DNA of 64,000 nucleotides from Psilocybe cubensis (taxonomy: Eukaryota): assembly GCA_017499595.2 (NCBI GenBank), contig CM039002.1, positions 1,116,001 to 1,180,000 of the forward strand. Direction: 5' to 3'. Shown here in pieces: positions 11,624-22,918 of the stretch. The position numbers and the translations under genes were made by a program. How positions within the stretch are numbered: position 1 is the stretch's first letter; every line of letters starts with the position of its first letter. Below the pieces are notes generated by a model. The model saw only the letters and a list, made by a program, of their open reading frames with translations, did not search any database and was not told where the DNA came from.

Positions 11624-14600
11624 ATGGACCGTTCTTCAACTAAAGAAACAGCACTTGAAGAAATTGAAGGCGTTTTGTCTGAGCCTCGCACACAAGAACA
11701 ATATACCGGTGCTATATGGACCACTAAACGTCCGGAGCTGTGGGCCTACTATCTATACTATGTAGGGAATAACGGACTTTCGGGTTTCAACTTTGGACCT
11801 TCCCAGTTCCAAAATTTGCTATTTCTTGCAGGCTACGATCCGGTAGCTGGCCCTGGTTCAGCATGCAGTGTGAACGGCTGTGTCTTGCCATATCTTGGAG
11901 AGATCCGCGACAGTAAGCCCCTTTCCTTGTTCTTTCTCATTGGCTAACGATCTATCATAGTCAACTCCATCGTCTTGCTTACGAATGGCATCAGTTTTGC
12001 TCTTCAAGCATTTCTGTTACTCCTCATCGGAGCATGGGCCGATTATGGAACTTGGAGGTCTGTTCGACTACGAAAAACCATTTCCTCTCTAAACGGTGAT
12101 ACTCAGGCCAAACATCACCATATTCTTCACATTGATGGCGGTGGGTGTGTCATTTGCCTGGCTTGGGGTTGAAAGTCCCTCCCAATGGCGAGCAGGTGTT
12201 GTCTTGTATATGCTTGGACGTAAGTAATAATGGATTTTTTCTATGGAACCAGCTCAATTTTCATCGTGTAGTTATTACTTATCAAGTATAATTCTCCCCT
12301 GAAACTCCCTCATAGATAATTGACCAACGGACGCTCAGTGTACCCTGACATTCTGGACTGCTGCATTTCCGGGGCTTGCTCAGAACCTTCCAGAAGTGCT
12401 GTTATCAAACAGCGAAGTAGCCAATGGTAGAAAAACGTTTGTTCTTCTTTCTATACCCTGTCCGACTGATGAACTGAGTTCTCCTTTTCATTGTGCGCAC
12501 AGGGTAGAAGAACATAACCGTTTCCACTCCCTTTCCCGCAATCGAATATCGAATATCTCGTTCGCTATTTGCTCCGCCGGGGAGTTGATCATTTTGGCGG
12601 TGATGGTCGGTATACTTCGAGGGATGCATTCAGAACAGAGTACCGAAAGCAATACCAAAGCATTTAGCGTCCTAATCGCTTTTTCCGGCGGCGTTTGGCG
12701 TAAGCAATATTTTGCAGCACTGAATACGCTAAACTTTATAATCACGACCTCGTTGTAGTGCTTTGTGCATTACCCTGGTTCATCCTTGAGAAACGCCGAC
12801 CGGGATTAGATCTTCCGCAAGGAACAAGTTTGTGGACAGTTGGATTCAAGCAGGTGTATGTCGCCTTTCGAGAATGTATGCGATTGAAGCACACCTTTCT
12901 TTATCTCGTCTTCTACTTCTTGATGTGAGAATTCTATGACATCACATTGCATTTCCAAATAATGATACCATCTTTTCTAGGGGCGATGTATTGAATACAA
13001 CTGTGTATGCGATACTTTCAATGAAATCTACATAATTGATTACATTAATGATACATATCCACTTTTGATAGGACTGTCATTGCCACCCTTCAGAATAGGT
13101 AAGATCGCTTGATATCTCTTTTTTTTTTTTTTTTTTTATTTTGTGTTATAGCCTCTGAGGGGTGGGCCCCTCCCTCGGCTTTATACTACTAAGCTACCTA
13201 CTCGCCCCATGGCGATCGTTCCATCCTCGACGCGACTGTGCACCACGGAGGGCCCTCACGTCCCCCCTCAAGGTCCAGCTTTCCTAGGCTGTTTCGTCGC
13301 CGTCTCCGGTTTTGGCGCAGGTTCTTTCGCTTCTTGAATCCTCGCGCTGTTGTACTTCTGACGTGGGTGTTTTTTGTTGTTCCCTTCCTGCTTTGTCCAT
13401 CTATTCCTCTTCTTCGATCCCTCTGTTCAGTAAGTCTTCCTTGTACGGCTTCAATCTCTTCGTCTTTGCTATGTACCGTAGGAGTGCTTTCGCGTTTTCT
13501 TGTTTTGTCGTTAATTCTTCCAAGTCGTAGCACCTTTCTCCGATTTCGTCCCATAATTGTTGTCTTTCCCGTTGGTAGCCTCTACATTCAAACACAAAGT
13601 GCTCCACTGTTTCGGTGGCTCTTACCCCGTCTCGTCGCTCCCAGCACCTGGGGCATGTCTTATCTTGCTCGAGCCTGAGTTTGCTGATGTGATTGTTAAG
13701 CGGGATATGTCCCGATCGCACTTGAATAAGCACGCTCGCTTGTGTCCTGTTCAGCTTTCGCAGCGCCTTTCTGAACTTGTTGAACGGGAACTCTGAGTCT
13801 ATGCCTTCGAACTTCGTTTTCCTATGTGAGGTGTTCCATCTCCCTCGCCATATCTCGAGTAGTTCCTCATGGTAGGCCTGTTTTTCAGCGGACGCGCTTT
13901 TCTTAATCGGGCTCGTTAGTTGTAATGGGAGTTCTTCGGGTGGTGAGCTGTCGCCTTCCGCTGCTCGCTTCGCTTCTTCATCCGCCCTCTCGTTGCCTAG
14001 GACGTCCGAATGTGCCGAAATCCAGTGTATTGTTATGTTTCCCTGCAGATTTTTGAATGCATCGTCAATGCTCTTCATCAGGTGCTGACCGGACTTAGCT
14101 TTGGGTCTCCTCAGGTTTTTCAGTAAGCCCTGATTGTCACTGAATACGTCGATGGTATCGTTGGCCGTGGGCGATTCGTTTTGAATCAGCTTGGAGGCCA
14201 GCAGGCCTCCTACCGCCTCCGCCTCGTACGAATTGTGTTCTTCCTTTGTCCCAAGGTATTTTCGTAGGACTTTGCCATGTCTGTCTTTCCTATCTCTCAG
14301 TAGGATTGCTGCTGCTCCTACCTTCCCATCGTGGCTCGATCCATCTGTGTATATGCGTATGCTGGCTGTGCTGCCCGCTTCGTATATCATTGACAGTTCT
14401 CTCGTTTGGGCAATCACGATTTTGAAGGGTGGGCGGTATTTTGGTGAATATGGCATCGGCTCTATCTTCTCGAAAGTACTGGGTTGTAGGTCGAAAATTC
14501 GGAGTAGGTTGTCAATCGGGGATTTGTGTCGTTTTGGTGGTCTTCTTTCCGCCTTCTCGATTACCGCATATAGTGGGTGACTTACCGGGAGGGTTGCCAT

Positions 14601-17600
14601 TCTGACTGCTGCCCTGTGGCAGGCTTTCAGCAGGGCTAGTTCTAGCGGTAGGACGCCCGCATGGGCGTCTAGCAGTTCCGTGGGTGTTGTCCTCATCGCG
14701 CCGGTTATTGATAGTGTTGCTTTCCTCTGTATTGTCGACATTCTTCTCAGCGCCGCCACTGATCCGATGTTGTTTCGATAACCCGGTGGTTTTGTTGGTG
14801 GTGTGTACCAAACGTCTATGCCATATGTGAGTCTTGGAAGTACCGTCGCGATGAACAGATGTCTTAGGAGGTACGGGTGTATGCCCGTCGTCGGTTTTGC
14901 CAGTCGTTGGAAGTTTGCTACCCATCTTGTTGCTTTGTCGGTCGCTGATTGAAGGTGAGTTTTCCAGTTTAGTTGGCAATCGACTTGGAATCCTAGGCAC
15001 TTGAACACATTGACTTGCGGCACTAGTTCGCCGTCGAACTCGAGTCTCGGGTGGGTTAGATTGTTAGGGTTTCGCGGGTCGAGGTGCATTACTGCCTGTT
15101 TGGCGGGGGCAAAGTTTGAGTTGTGGCTACTGCTCCATGTGAGTGCACCGTTCTCCTTATGGATTAAGTCACTCAGCTTGTCTGTTGTTTCGTCTGTATC
15201 ATTCCCTATTGCCATGATCGTAACATCGTCAACGTAGCCTATGGCATCCTCTCCGTCTTCGCGGTCAACTATTTCAAGCAGGTCAGCATTATATATGATG
15301 TAAAGTATCATTGATAATGGATCTCCTTGTCCTATTCCGTTATCAATCTCCATCAGTGCTGACACGAAGTCATCGAATTTGAGCTTGGTTTTCCGGTTCC
15401 TGAGCAGTTCTCGTATGAAGTTGACATATACTGTCGGTATGCGTCGTCGTCGTAAGTTGTGAATGAGTCTGTCCGTTACCGCGTTTGGAAAAGCCCCTTC
15501 CACGTCTAGGAACAGCATTGAGACTACTTTACCCCGCCTCCAGGCTGCTTTAACCTTGCTGACCATGTAGTGCATTGCGTCGGTGGTGGTTCTCCCAGGT
15601 CTGCCTCCGAAATGCGTGTTTGGTAACAACTTGTGTTCTTCGACCGCATGGCTTATTCTTTCCGCCACGATTGCCGTGAGGACCTTGGGCAGGGTGTTTA
15701 GGAGAGCTATTGGCCTGTACGCTTTTGGCGTTTTATAGCTGGGTTTGCCTGGTTTCTTCAGTACTACCGTCATTGAGTGCTTCCACGAGTCTGGGTAATG
15801 GCCTGTTTTAAGGATTGCATTGTAGATCGCGTGTAGCCGGTTCATGATGAGCGGGGCTGTTTTCTGCAACACGATGTTGGGTATTTCGTCGATTCCGCAT
15901 GCCTTGTACGGCGACAGACGTTCCAGCTGCCTCCTGATTTGTTGCCGTGTTATTCGCCCGTCGTCTGGGAGTGCTTCCGGGTATTCAAAATTCTGTGGTA
16001 CAGACGATTGAACCGGTTTTTTAGGAAAGAAGTTGTGCGCAAAGATCTTAGCTTTTTCCTCATTGGACGATACTTCCTCTTGTTCGTCGTACTCGTTGGT
16101 GACCGTCAGGGTTGGTATTCTGGGGCGTCCTCCATCCCCTATCGGGTTCTTGAAGTAGCGGTTTGCCGTCCAGATGTCGGTGCCTTCGGCGTCGAGTAGC
16201 CAGTCGTCCCAATGCTTGCGTTTTGTGTCGATTACGAGTCGAGCAAAGCTCCTCTTTGCTGCTTTGAATTCATCGTGGCATGGGTGGAGAGGGGTGGTGC
16301 GGAACTTGTGGTGTAGACGGCTCAGTCGGTTTTTGTAACGTTTGGCTTCTTCTATCTCGCTTGTCCACCATCGTTTGGCTTCGGGGAAGGGCTTTCTCAA
16401 CTTCACTTCCTTGTTGATGGTGTCCTGGAGTGTTAGTGTCAGCATGTTTACCGCCTCATCTATCTCTTCCCCTGAGTTCAGGTCCAGCTGGTCTTCTTGT
16501 TCTTCCAGTCGTTTCTCAAGCGTCTTGCAGAAGTGTTCCCAATTCACCGTACGAAAGTTTCTTTCCAGCGTTACTTTAGCGGTCTCGCATCGCATGTCAA
16601 TGGTTGTATGTATTGGGTAATGGTCGGTGTTGGCTGGCCGTGTTGCATAGTCGACTTTACATTGGATGACTGCATCGATGAGCTTTTCCGAGATAAAGAC
16701 GTTGTCCGGCCTTGAGAGCCTCTTTGTCACCATGTGTTCCAGCGTCGGCATTCCCTTGGGTAAGGCTTGGGCCATGTTGTGTTCCTCGATAAAGTCGATC
16801 AGTCGTTCCGCTTCCGCTAACGCTTGTGGTGTGAACAGTCGTTCGTCCTCGTCTCGGTCCCACATCGGGTGGTGATGATTGAAGTCTCCCGCCCACATTT
16901 GCATAGTGTCGGCTTTGTTGAGCTCCAGCTGATTTTCTTCTATATACCGCCTCAGTATTTGCAGCGTGCGTCCCGTGCGTCCTGGGTGATATATGTTGAA
17001 AATGAAGAGTGTTCCTCTGTCGCTTTTGATCTTTATTGCCGTCAAATCGTTTGTGTCCGGAAATGGGATTTCACACCAACTGCTGGTATCAAGATTCTTG
17101 TTGACCCAGATGCCTGAGCGGGTTACCTCTTCATTTGTTCTGCTTACCGGGTACACAGGGCGATAGTATGCGTTAGTTCTGATGTTGCCAAAGCGTGTTA
17201 TATGGGGTTCTTGAATGAGGATTACGTCGTAGTTGCTGCCGAGGCTACTGTTTATTAGCTCGAGGTGCGCTACCTCCGACTTGTTCAAGTTTATCTGTAG
17301 GAACCTGATTTGGGTGGTATGCTGCTCTGCGAGGATGGTAACACTCATCTTTTACTGGTCTCTTTCTTCTGAGGCGGACGCCGCCGTATCACTTTCTTTG
17401 CTCGCCGGGTTCGAGCTTGATGCCTTTGCTGCCTCTGGTTCGGGACTCTGCTCTGGTGTTTTCGGCAGTTGCGATCGATCTCTCGTTGGTGGCTCTATCG
17501 TCCATCTGGGGGATTGCCCCCTTGCGAAGCGGTTTCTTTGTATGGTCGGCGGCGCTGAATTTGTGTTCATACTCCAGGTCCACGGTTCGTCCGTTGGGAT

Positions 17601-20203
17601 GAAAGGAAGTAGGTTTTCGGGTGTGCGTTCGTTCTTTTCGAGGGCTTTCTTGATGAAGGTTGGGCACGTTCTGGCGTAACTGGGGTGGTCGTCGGAGTCA
17701 CATGAAACGCAGTGGGTTGTCGTTCTCTCGCAGTTTTGTGTACGGTGGCCCTTCTCTCCGCAGTGGCCACATACGTCGTGTTTGGAGGTGCACTCTTTTG
17801 CGAAATGATTGTACCCTTGGCACTTCATGCATCGTATGGGATCGGCTCTGCATTTCTGAACTCTTACTCTTTTGTTTGCTATGAACATCCCGATGGCGAT
17901 TAGCCTGTTCGCTTCGCTGGCGTCGCTAACCGTTATGATTATGTGTGCGCTTTGCTGCCCTTCGGCTCTCCTCGATATCTTCTTTGCCCAGCGCATAGCT
18001 ACGATCGTACCCTCGTCGATTCGGTTGGCCTCCTCCACTTCCTTCACGAAGTCGTCGTCTTCGGGTTCGGCTGAGAGTGGGGCCCCCATCGCAATAAGTT
18101 CGTAAGTTCTCTTCTTCGTTGTGACATCGTCGCCTAACTGTTTGCATAGGTTCTTTCTATTGTTGTCGATACGCATCCATGCTGCTCCATAGTCGGAGTC
18201 GAACTCGATTAGAAGTCCCCCGTTTCTTTGCTTGATTGCCGACCGTATTCGTACTGATCCCTCTGGTTCGAGTTTTTGCAGAGCACTGTTGATAAAATCT
18301 TTAGCCTCTCTGTCCCCCATTGTACTTACCTTCGCTTCTTTATTTAACCCTTCTAGCATAGTTTGTCTCGCCTTTATTCCGTGTCTCGCTATCATTTTTG
18401 GGTTGGTGGCCACGTTGGATTGGACCAGTACTTGACTAAAAGTGGGTTGCCCCTTCATCACTGCCTGGCTGTAAGCCATCCCGTTGTTTGGAGCTTGCTG
18501 CGCGTTTTTCGTCGATGCCGATTTGATAAGATCTGCGGTCGCCAGATTTATTTCCTCGAGCTTTTGGTCGACCTTCTCCTGTGCATGTTGGACCAGGGAT
18601 TTAATTTCGTTCGTGAATGAGGCGAGCTCTTCACCGAATCCGTCGTGGTAAGTCTGTGTCGCCAGCGGGAGTTCCATTTCTTCGAGCAAGAAGGCTAGAC
18701 CACGCATGGCCTGTACTACGATCGGCGGTGTCTTCGACGACATTAGCGATATCTGGAATAGGCAAGCGGCGGCCCGGTGTGCCGTCAGTCCCTGTCCAGC
18801 TGGCACCAAGAGCAGGTGCTCCTCCAGTATCGACCGGCCGCCTTTTGCGTCCTGGACCTGCTGTGTCTCTTCGTTTATCACTGTACCTTTACTCCTTGAG
18901 GATCTATCGGGTGGTTGCGATTCTCCCGGGCTCGGAGTTGGGGGATTTCCCATGGTTGTCTTCCTGGCACGAGCCGTGCCGGTGTTGACGTTCATTTGAC
19001 AGTTCTAATGGGTGTGGGTGTTTTTGGATGTTTTTGGGCGTGGGGTGGTACTTTTTAGGTACGTTTTGTGGTTTTACTCTACTCGACTGCTTGTTTTTCA
19101 CCTTGCAGGGCTGTTCCTCGCGCTCTATGTGCGTGGGAAAAGTTCTGGAGGTGGAAGTAGCGGATCAAGGAGCGGTTTGATATCTCTTATTACTGATACT
19201 GATGACGTCTCAGCGTAGTACTGTATTCGACTTTGGATCTTACGCTGCTTCTAATTGTAGGAATCGTAGCTCAAGGATTAGGCATTTAGTTGAGTTTATT
19301 TCTATATCATGCATTGATGAAACTCAAAAAAGGTCGAACAGTATCTTTTGGCGCGTTCAGAAATATTATAGAATCTCAACAAAAGCAGTGCGTATAGAAT
19401 ATCTCTGTTACTTGATCATTGGCACAATTCTGATGAGAATAATCATTGTTAGATGCTCTCATTCAATGTCGTATGGATAATTGTAAGTGATAATCACTTC
19501 TTCAATGCCCGTAGGCCATTTTGTTAAAGATTTTAACTCAATATAGGTATTGACAATATGGGGCTTGATTGGTGTCCATACCAATAAGTTCGGTTTCAAG
19601 CATGTATGGGAAATCTGGTAAGTTGTCGTTTTATCTTATCTTTATTGCATGTTCTGAGCCGCAATGCAGGTTGTATCAGGTGTTCTATGGATTGATGGTG
19701 TGTCCATGGTATGCATACAGTCAAACCATGATAAGTGAAGTCTCCCCTTTGCCTCAAATGTACGCTGTGACTTGTGTCTTTCCGATATATGACCGATGAT
19801 ACCATCTCGTTTCAGGTTTCTTTTCTTCGCCCTTTTTTCAGTTGTACGTACGCTCACTTTGTAATGATTTTTTTCACAATTAAACGATAACTAAACCTTA
19901 TGGATAGGTTGGCAAGACGTCGGCCTTCATAGGCCCTCTCGTGTCCAGTGCCATCATTACTGCCTCGGATAATAACGATAACATGCCATTTGCTTTTCTT
20001 TTTGCCTTGTGCGTATGGTTACCAGTTTGATTTTGATAACCAGCTAAATATCGATATTCAACAGAGGGATTATCAGCACGCTTTTTCTCTATTTGGTGGA
20101 CGTTGAAAAAAGCCATCAGGAATGCAATGAGTTCATCATAGCAGAGAGCAAGCGGGACGCATTCAAAGCTACACTGCCTGACAGTGGGACAAGCTGCTCT
20201 TAA
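11624..20203 (+). CDS. ATG22: Vacuolar amino-acid efflux MFS transporter Atg22; multi-exon, with a LINE inside one intron
   Basis: ELWAYYLYYVGNNGLSGFNFGPSQFQNLL, LLIGAWADYGTW, PWFILEKRRPGLDLP, QVFYGLMVCPWYAYSQTMISEVSP, VGKTSAFIGPLVSSAII. Exons resume in frame at 19214 after the LINE. Confidence 0.9.
13401..17348 (-). CDS. LINE ORF2: AP endonuclease, reverse transcriptase, RNase H and C-terminal CCHC
   Basis: APE (FLQINLNKS, ILIQEP, AGDFNHHH, TDHYPI); RT (YRPIALL, LDVEGAF, GIGQGDPLS, YVDD); RNase H (IYTDGS, WISAHSDVLGNERADEEAK); CPRC..ETVEHFVFEC. Confidence 0.97.
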   Translation of the reverse strand: MSVTILAEQHTTQIRFLQINLNKSEVAHLELINSSLGSNYDVILIQEPHITRFGNIRTNAYYRPVYPVSRTNEEVTRSGIWVNKNLDTSSWCEIPFPDTNDLTAIKIKSDRGTLFIFNIYHPGRTGRTLQILRRYIEENQLELNKADTMQMWAGDFNHHHPMWDRDEDERLFTPQALAEAERLIDFIEEHNMAQALPKGMPTLEHMVTKRLSRPDNVFISEKLIDAVIQCKVDYATRPANTDHYPIHTTIDMRCETAKVTLERNFRTVNWEHFCKTLEKRLEEQEDQLDLNSGEEIDEAVNMLTLTLQDTINKEVKLRKPFPEAKRWWTSEIEEAKRYKNRLSRLHHKFRTTPLHPCHDEFKAAKRSFARLVIDTKRKHWDDWLLDAEGTDIWTANRYFKNPIGDGGRPRIPTLTVTNEYDEQEEVSSNEEKAKIFAHNFFPKKPVQSSVPQNFEYPEALPDDGRITRQQIRRQLERLSPYKACGIDEIPNIVLQKTAPLIMNRLHAIYNAILKTGHYPDSWKHSMTVVLKKPGKPSYKTPKAYRPIALLNTLPKVLTAIVAERISHAVEEHKLLPNTHFGGRPGRTTTDAMHYMVSKVKAAWRRGKVVSMLFLDVEGAFPNAVTDRLIHNLRRRRIPTVYVNFIRELLRNRKTKLKFDDFVSALMEIDNGIGQGDPLSMILYIIYNADLLEIVDREDGEDAIGYVDDVTIMAIGNDTDETTDKLSDLIHKENGALTWSSSHNSNFAPAKQAVMHLDPRNPNNLTHPRLEFDGELVPQVNVFKCLGFQVDCQLNWKTHLQSATDKATRWVANFQRLAKPTTGIHPYLLRHLFIATVLPRLTYGIDVWYTPPTKPPGYRNNIGSVAALRRMSTIQRKATLSITGAMRTTPTELLDAHAGVLPLELALLKACHRAAVRMATLPVSHPLYAVIEKAERRPPKRHKSPIDNLLRIFDLQPSTFEKIEPMPYSPKYRPPFKIVIAQTRELSMIYEAGSTASIRIYTDGSSHDGKVGAAAILLRDRKDRHGKVLRKYLGTKEEHNSYEAEAVGGLLASKLIQNESPTANDTIDVFSDNQGLLKNLRRPKAKSGQHLMKSIDDAFKNLQGNITIHWISAHSDVLGNERADEEAKRAAEGDSSPPEELPLQLTSPIKKSASAEKQAYHEELLEIWRGRWNTSHRKTKFEGIDSEFPFNKFRKALRKLNRTQASVLIQVRSGHIPLNNHISKLRLEQDKTCPRCWERRDGVRATETVEHFVFECRGYQRERQQLWDEIGERCYDLEELTTKQENAKALLRYIAKTKRLKPYKEDLLNRGIEEEE
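17352..18995 (-). CDS. LINE ORF1 gag-like protein with three zinc knuckles
   Basis: CMKCQGYNHFAKEC, CGHCGEKGHRTQNC, CVSCDSDDHPSYARTC. Confidence 0.95.
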   Translation of the reverse strand: MNVNTGTARARKTTMGNPPTPSPGESQPPDRSSRSKGTVINEETQQVQDAKGGRSILEEHLLLVPAGQGLTAHRAAACLFQISLMSSKTPPIVVQAMRGLAFLLEEMELPLATQTYHDGFGEELASFTNEIKSLVQHAQEKVDQKLEEINLATADLIKSASTKNAQQAPNNGMAYSQAVMKGQPTFSQVLVQSNVATNPKMIARHGIKARQTMLEGLNKEAKVSTMGDREAKDFINSALQKLEPEGSVRIRSAIKQRNGGLLIEFDSDYGAAWMRIDNNRKNLCKQLGDDVTTKKRTYELIAMGAPLSAEPEDDDFVKEVEEANRIDEGTIVAMRWAKKISRRAEGQQSAHIIITVSDASEANRLIAIGMFIANKRVRVQKCRADPIRCMKCQGYNHFAKECTSKHDVCGHCGEKGHRTQNCERTTTHCVSCDSDDHPSYARTCPTFIKKALEKNERTPENLLPFIPTDEPWTWSMNTNSAPPTIQRNRFARGQSPRWTIEPPTRDRSQLPKTPEQSPEPEAAKASSSNPASKESDTAASASEERDQ

Positions 20204-20838
20204 ATTGTCTGTTGATCAAGAGAGAGGTTTATGCTAGTGACCGATCTCTTACCGATTCCATGTGGAATCGGACAGACACACGAGTGTAACTTGATAAGTA
20301 CATAAAGTCCTCAGTCCGGTGTATATCCTATCGGAGTTCAGATCTCACTCCCCGTCTCCTTGACTTGATCATAGACTGTATCGCGCCTCGGATAAATAAA
20401 AGAATTCTTACGGATTTTCTGGAGACTTGACCCTCTTTTCTTGCTTCATATCTTATTGAGCACACTTGTTACATGTCGTAATTGAAAGAATACGCCAAGG
20501 TCAATTACTTGCGTGCTTTTCGTTATCCGACCAAGCCGTGTGAATCGGCCGAATGAGACTTTTTAGCTCTCCTCACGCGCTCTATTTTTGACTTTGGACC
20601 TGACCAGTGACTCGGACAATGCACAAGTCGACCAACAGGGTCCCTCTCTACTCATCTGCACAACAAGGGATCCACATGGTTTGTTTGCCATAAAGCATAG
20701 AATCACTGCCATGAAGTTCCGCATGCCCATTCCGAAACCTGATATCTATTCTAGGATACACATCCATGTGTGGTTATAAACTGGCTCCACCAGCGCTTGC
20801 GCAGCCCACATATCCCGACGTGTGTGTCGCTAACAGTC

Positions 20839-22579
20839 ATGTCTACCTCTCGCTCTGCGGTAACTCGGCCTTCTTCTTCCGGTCCCCTGACTGGAAACAA
20901 TCCTGCTTCTGCCCTTGTTCCTGAGAATGTTGAAGCATCTGATACGTCAGAGTTGCCTGCCTACGTGCCGAGTACAAGGTCATCTTCAAGGTCCAGGAGA
21001 AGGGAATTTCCAGAATTCAAAGAATTTTCTTACGATGCGAAGAATCGAAAAGGAAAATCAGTCGTTATTCTCACTGTAATTGCAGAGCGGTCGTATTCAA
21101 AGCATATACCCACTTTTCTCCAAGACTCTCCTGTTAAAGGAAGAGTCCACCTTGACCTTGACAAGCCCGAATCTATCTTGTCTGTGGTTCTGAATGTAAG
21201 TCATTTCCTTCTTTGTGTTCTGTGTACGTTTCGCTTGAATGTATATCAGATACGAGGTGAATACCTTACGGGCGCCAATCCAGACCAGCAGCTCATTTTT
21301 CTTGACCTTGCCTATCCTCTGTGGTCGCAATCCGACGGTGATCCTCAAAGAATGAATGTTCTCAGAGAAACAGAATCTCTTACTCGCCAAGGATCCTCCA
21401 CCCTTTCTGCAAGATTCAACGGCCCGAAGCTCGTGGGTCAATATACGTGGCCATTTTGCATTACCCTCCCTAAGGAAGTCAGTGTACCGTATGGGAAAGG
21501 CAAAGCATTACGGTCCTTTGCTCTTCCTCAAACATTCAATGAGCGACATGCGAAAGGCAGCATTAGATATGAGATATCCCTCAGAATTAACCGCGGTAGA
21601 TTCCAGCCGAATTACAGGTATGTAATATTAGGCAGATCCACGGAAGATGTTAACGCATTTTAGGATCCCTGCAACAATTGGGTACATACCAATATCACGA
21701 CCTCCTCCATTCCCACCTCTCAGAAGTATGTGCTATCAAGAAGGGACAACACTTCTCGGCCCTACTATTGACCCTGACGGTTGGTTTTCTGATACTCCTG
21801 TCACTATCAAAGGGACAATATTTAGTGCCCGTGCAGTTCACGTTACATGCACAGTATGTACCAATCTTTGCACCTTCCCAAGTGACAATCTTGTTGATTA
21901 TCAAACTGTCCAATCAAGTTATGTTTGGCTAAGCCTGTCAGTGCATCAGCTTTTCTGATTGATCTGTGTGGTACTGACAATATCTTTTAGCTATGCTATA
22001 CTCGAGGCTCAGTGATCCCATTTTTTATGCGCCTCGAGAGCGACGACTTTCAGGCTCTGGATTTACTGTCTAATCCCAAGTCCATATCTGTCTCTCTCCA
22101 GAGACGTATCAAATATCATGCCTTTCCGGAGAAGGTGTTGGGCTCCTTTGCCAAGGATTCCGTAGAATATGTGCAGCAAGCTGTATGGTGGCCATCATCC
22201 GAAGGTGTGGAAGTCAATGTGGAACGGTTTCGATTTTTGAACGGAGAGCTGCATCTCAAGGCCGACACGAAACCCAGTTCAGCAATAGCAGATTTTTCTA
22301 TAGAGGTAGGAGGTCTACGTTTCGTATGTCATGGACAGACTGGACATTGAACTAATATTTAAACAATGACTGCTGCAGTACTCTGTTGTGCTCTTCCCTT
22401 TCAAGTCTGCCGGCTTCGAGGCTTCTGACAACGGACCGCTTCAGACATACCCCGTTGAAATTGTCACCTCCTTTGCACATGGGCCGCGGCCCAGAAAATA
22501 CGCGCCTCCTGGGTATGACGCAGATACACCCCCATCTATGGATTTTGTGAATTTGGATCCTGTGGCCTATAGTTCTTGA
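20839..22579 (+). CDS. Arrestin-like (alpha-arrestin fold) protein, multi-exon
   Basis: VKGRVHLDLDKPESILSV, GQYTWPFCITLP, LPQTF..IRYEI; PY-type motifs LPAY and PPGY. The start may include an upstream exon. Confidence 0.7.
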
Positions 22580-22918
22580 AGCCAAGCTCGCAGCGTCGTT
22601 ATGTGTATATTTCTTCCAATGCCAGGATTATTTTATTGTTTCTTTCTTTCTTTTTCGGGTTTTCTTAATTTATATGTAAGTGTGTACCTAGTTATTAGTA
22701 GTGTTAGTATACCATCTCTTTCCAATTCGGGACTGGTAATTGCAGGTTTGTGTATCAAATTCATGTTTGAACGAGCACCCGGCACTACTTGATCGAAAAC
22801 GCGTCACGACTGTCATAGTATGTAGGTTGTCATGTGACTTTAGTGATGACCAGTCCGTGAATTAGCTGCAGAAGTTTTTCGTCTTTGGGCATTGCCTACG
22901 AGTGCAGTCTAGCACGAA

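Larger units (their letters stand above)
13121..19176 (-). mobile_element. Full-length non-LTR retrotransposon (LINE, Tad1-like) with poly(A) tail and ~12-bp TSD
   Basis: Poly(T) on + strand at ~13119-13137. TSD ttgatatctctt at 13109-13120 and 19177-19188. Two intact ORFs. Confidence 0.97.

Noticed and set aside
18996-19176. Possible self-cleaving ribozyme in the LINE 5' UTR
   Set aside because: No HDV-like or hammerhead core recognisable by eye; an Infernal search would be needed.
20252-20271. Hairpin ccgattcca-tg-tggaatcgg downstream of ATG22
   Set aside because: A single short palindrome with a 2-nt loop and no supporting context.
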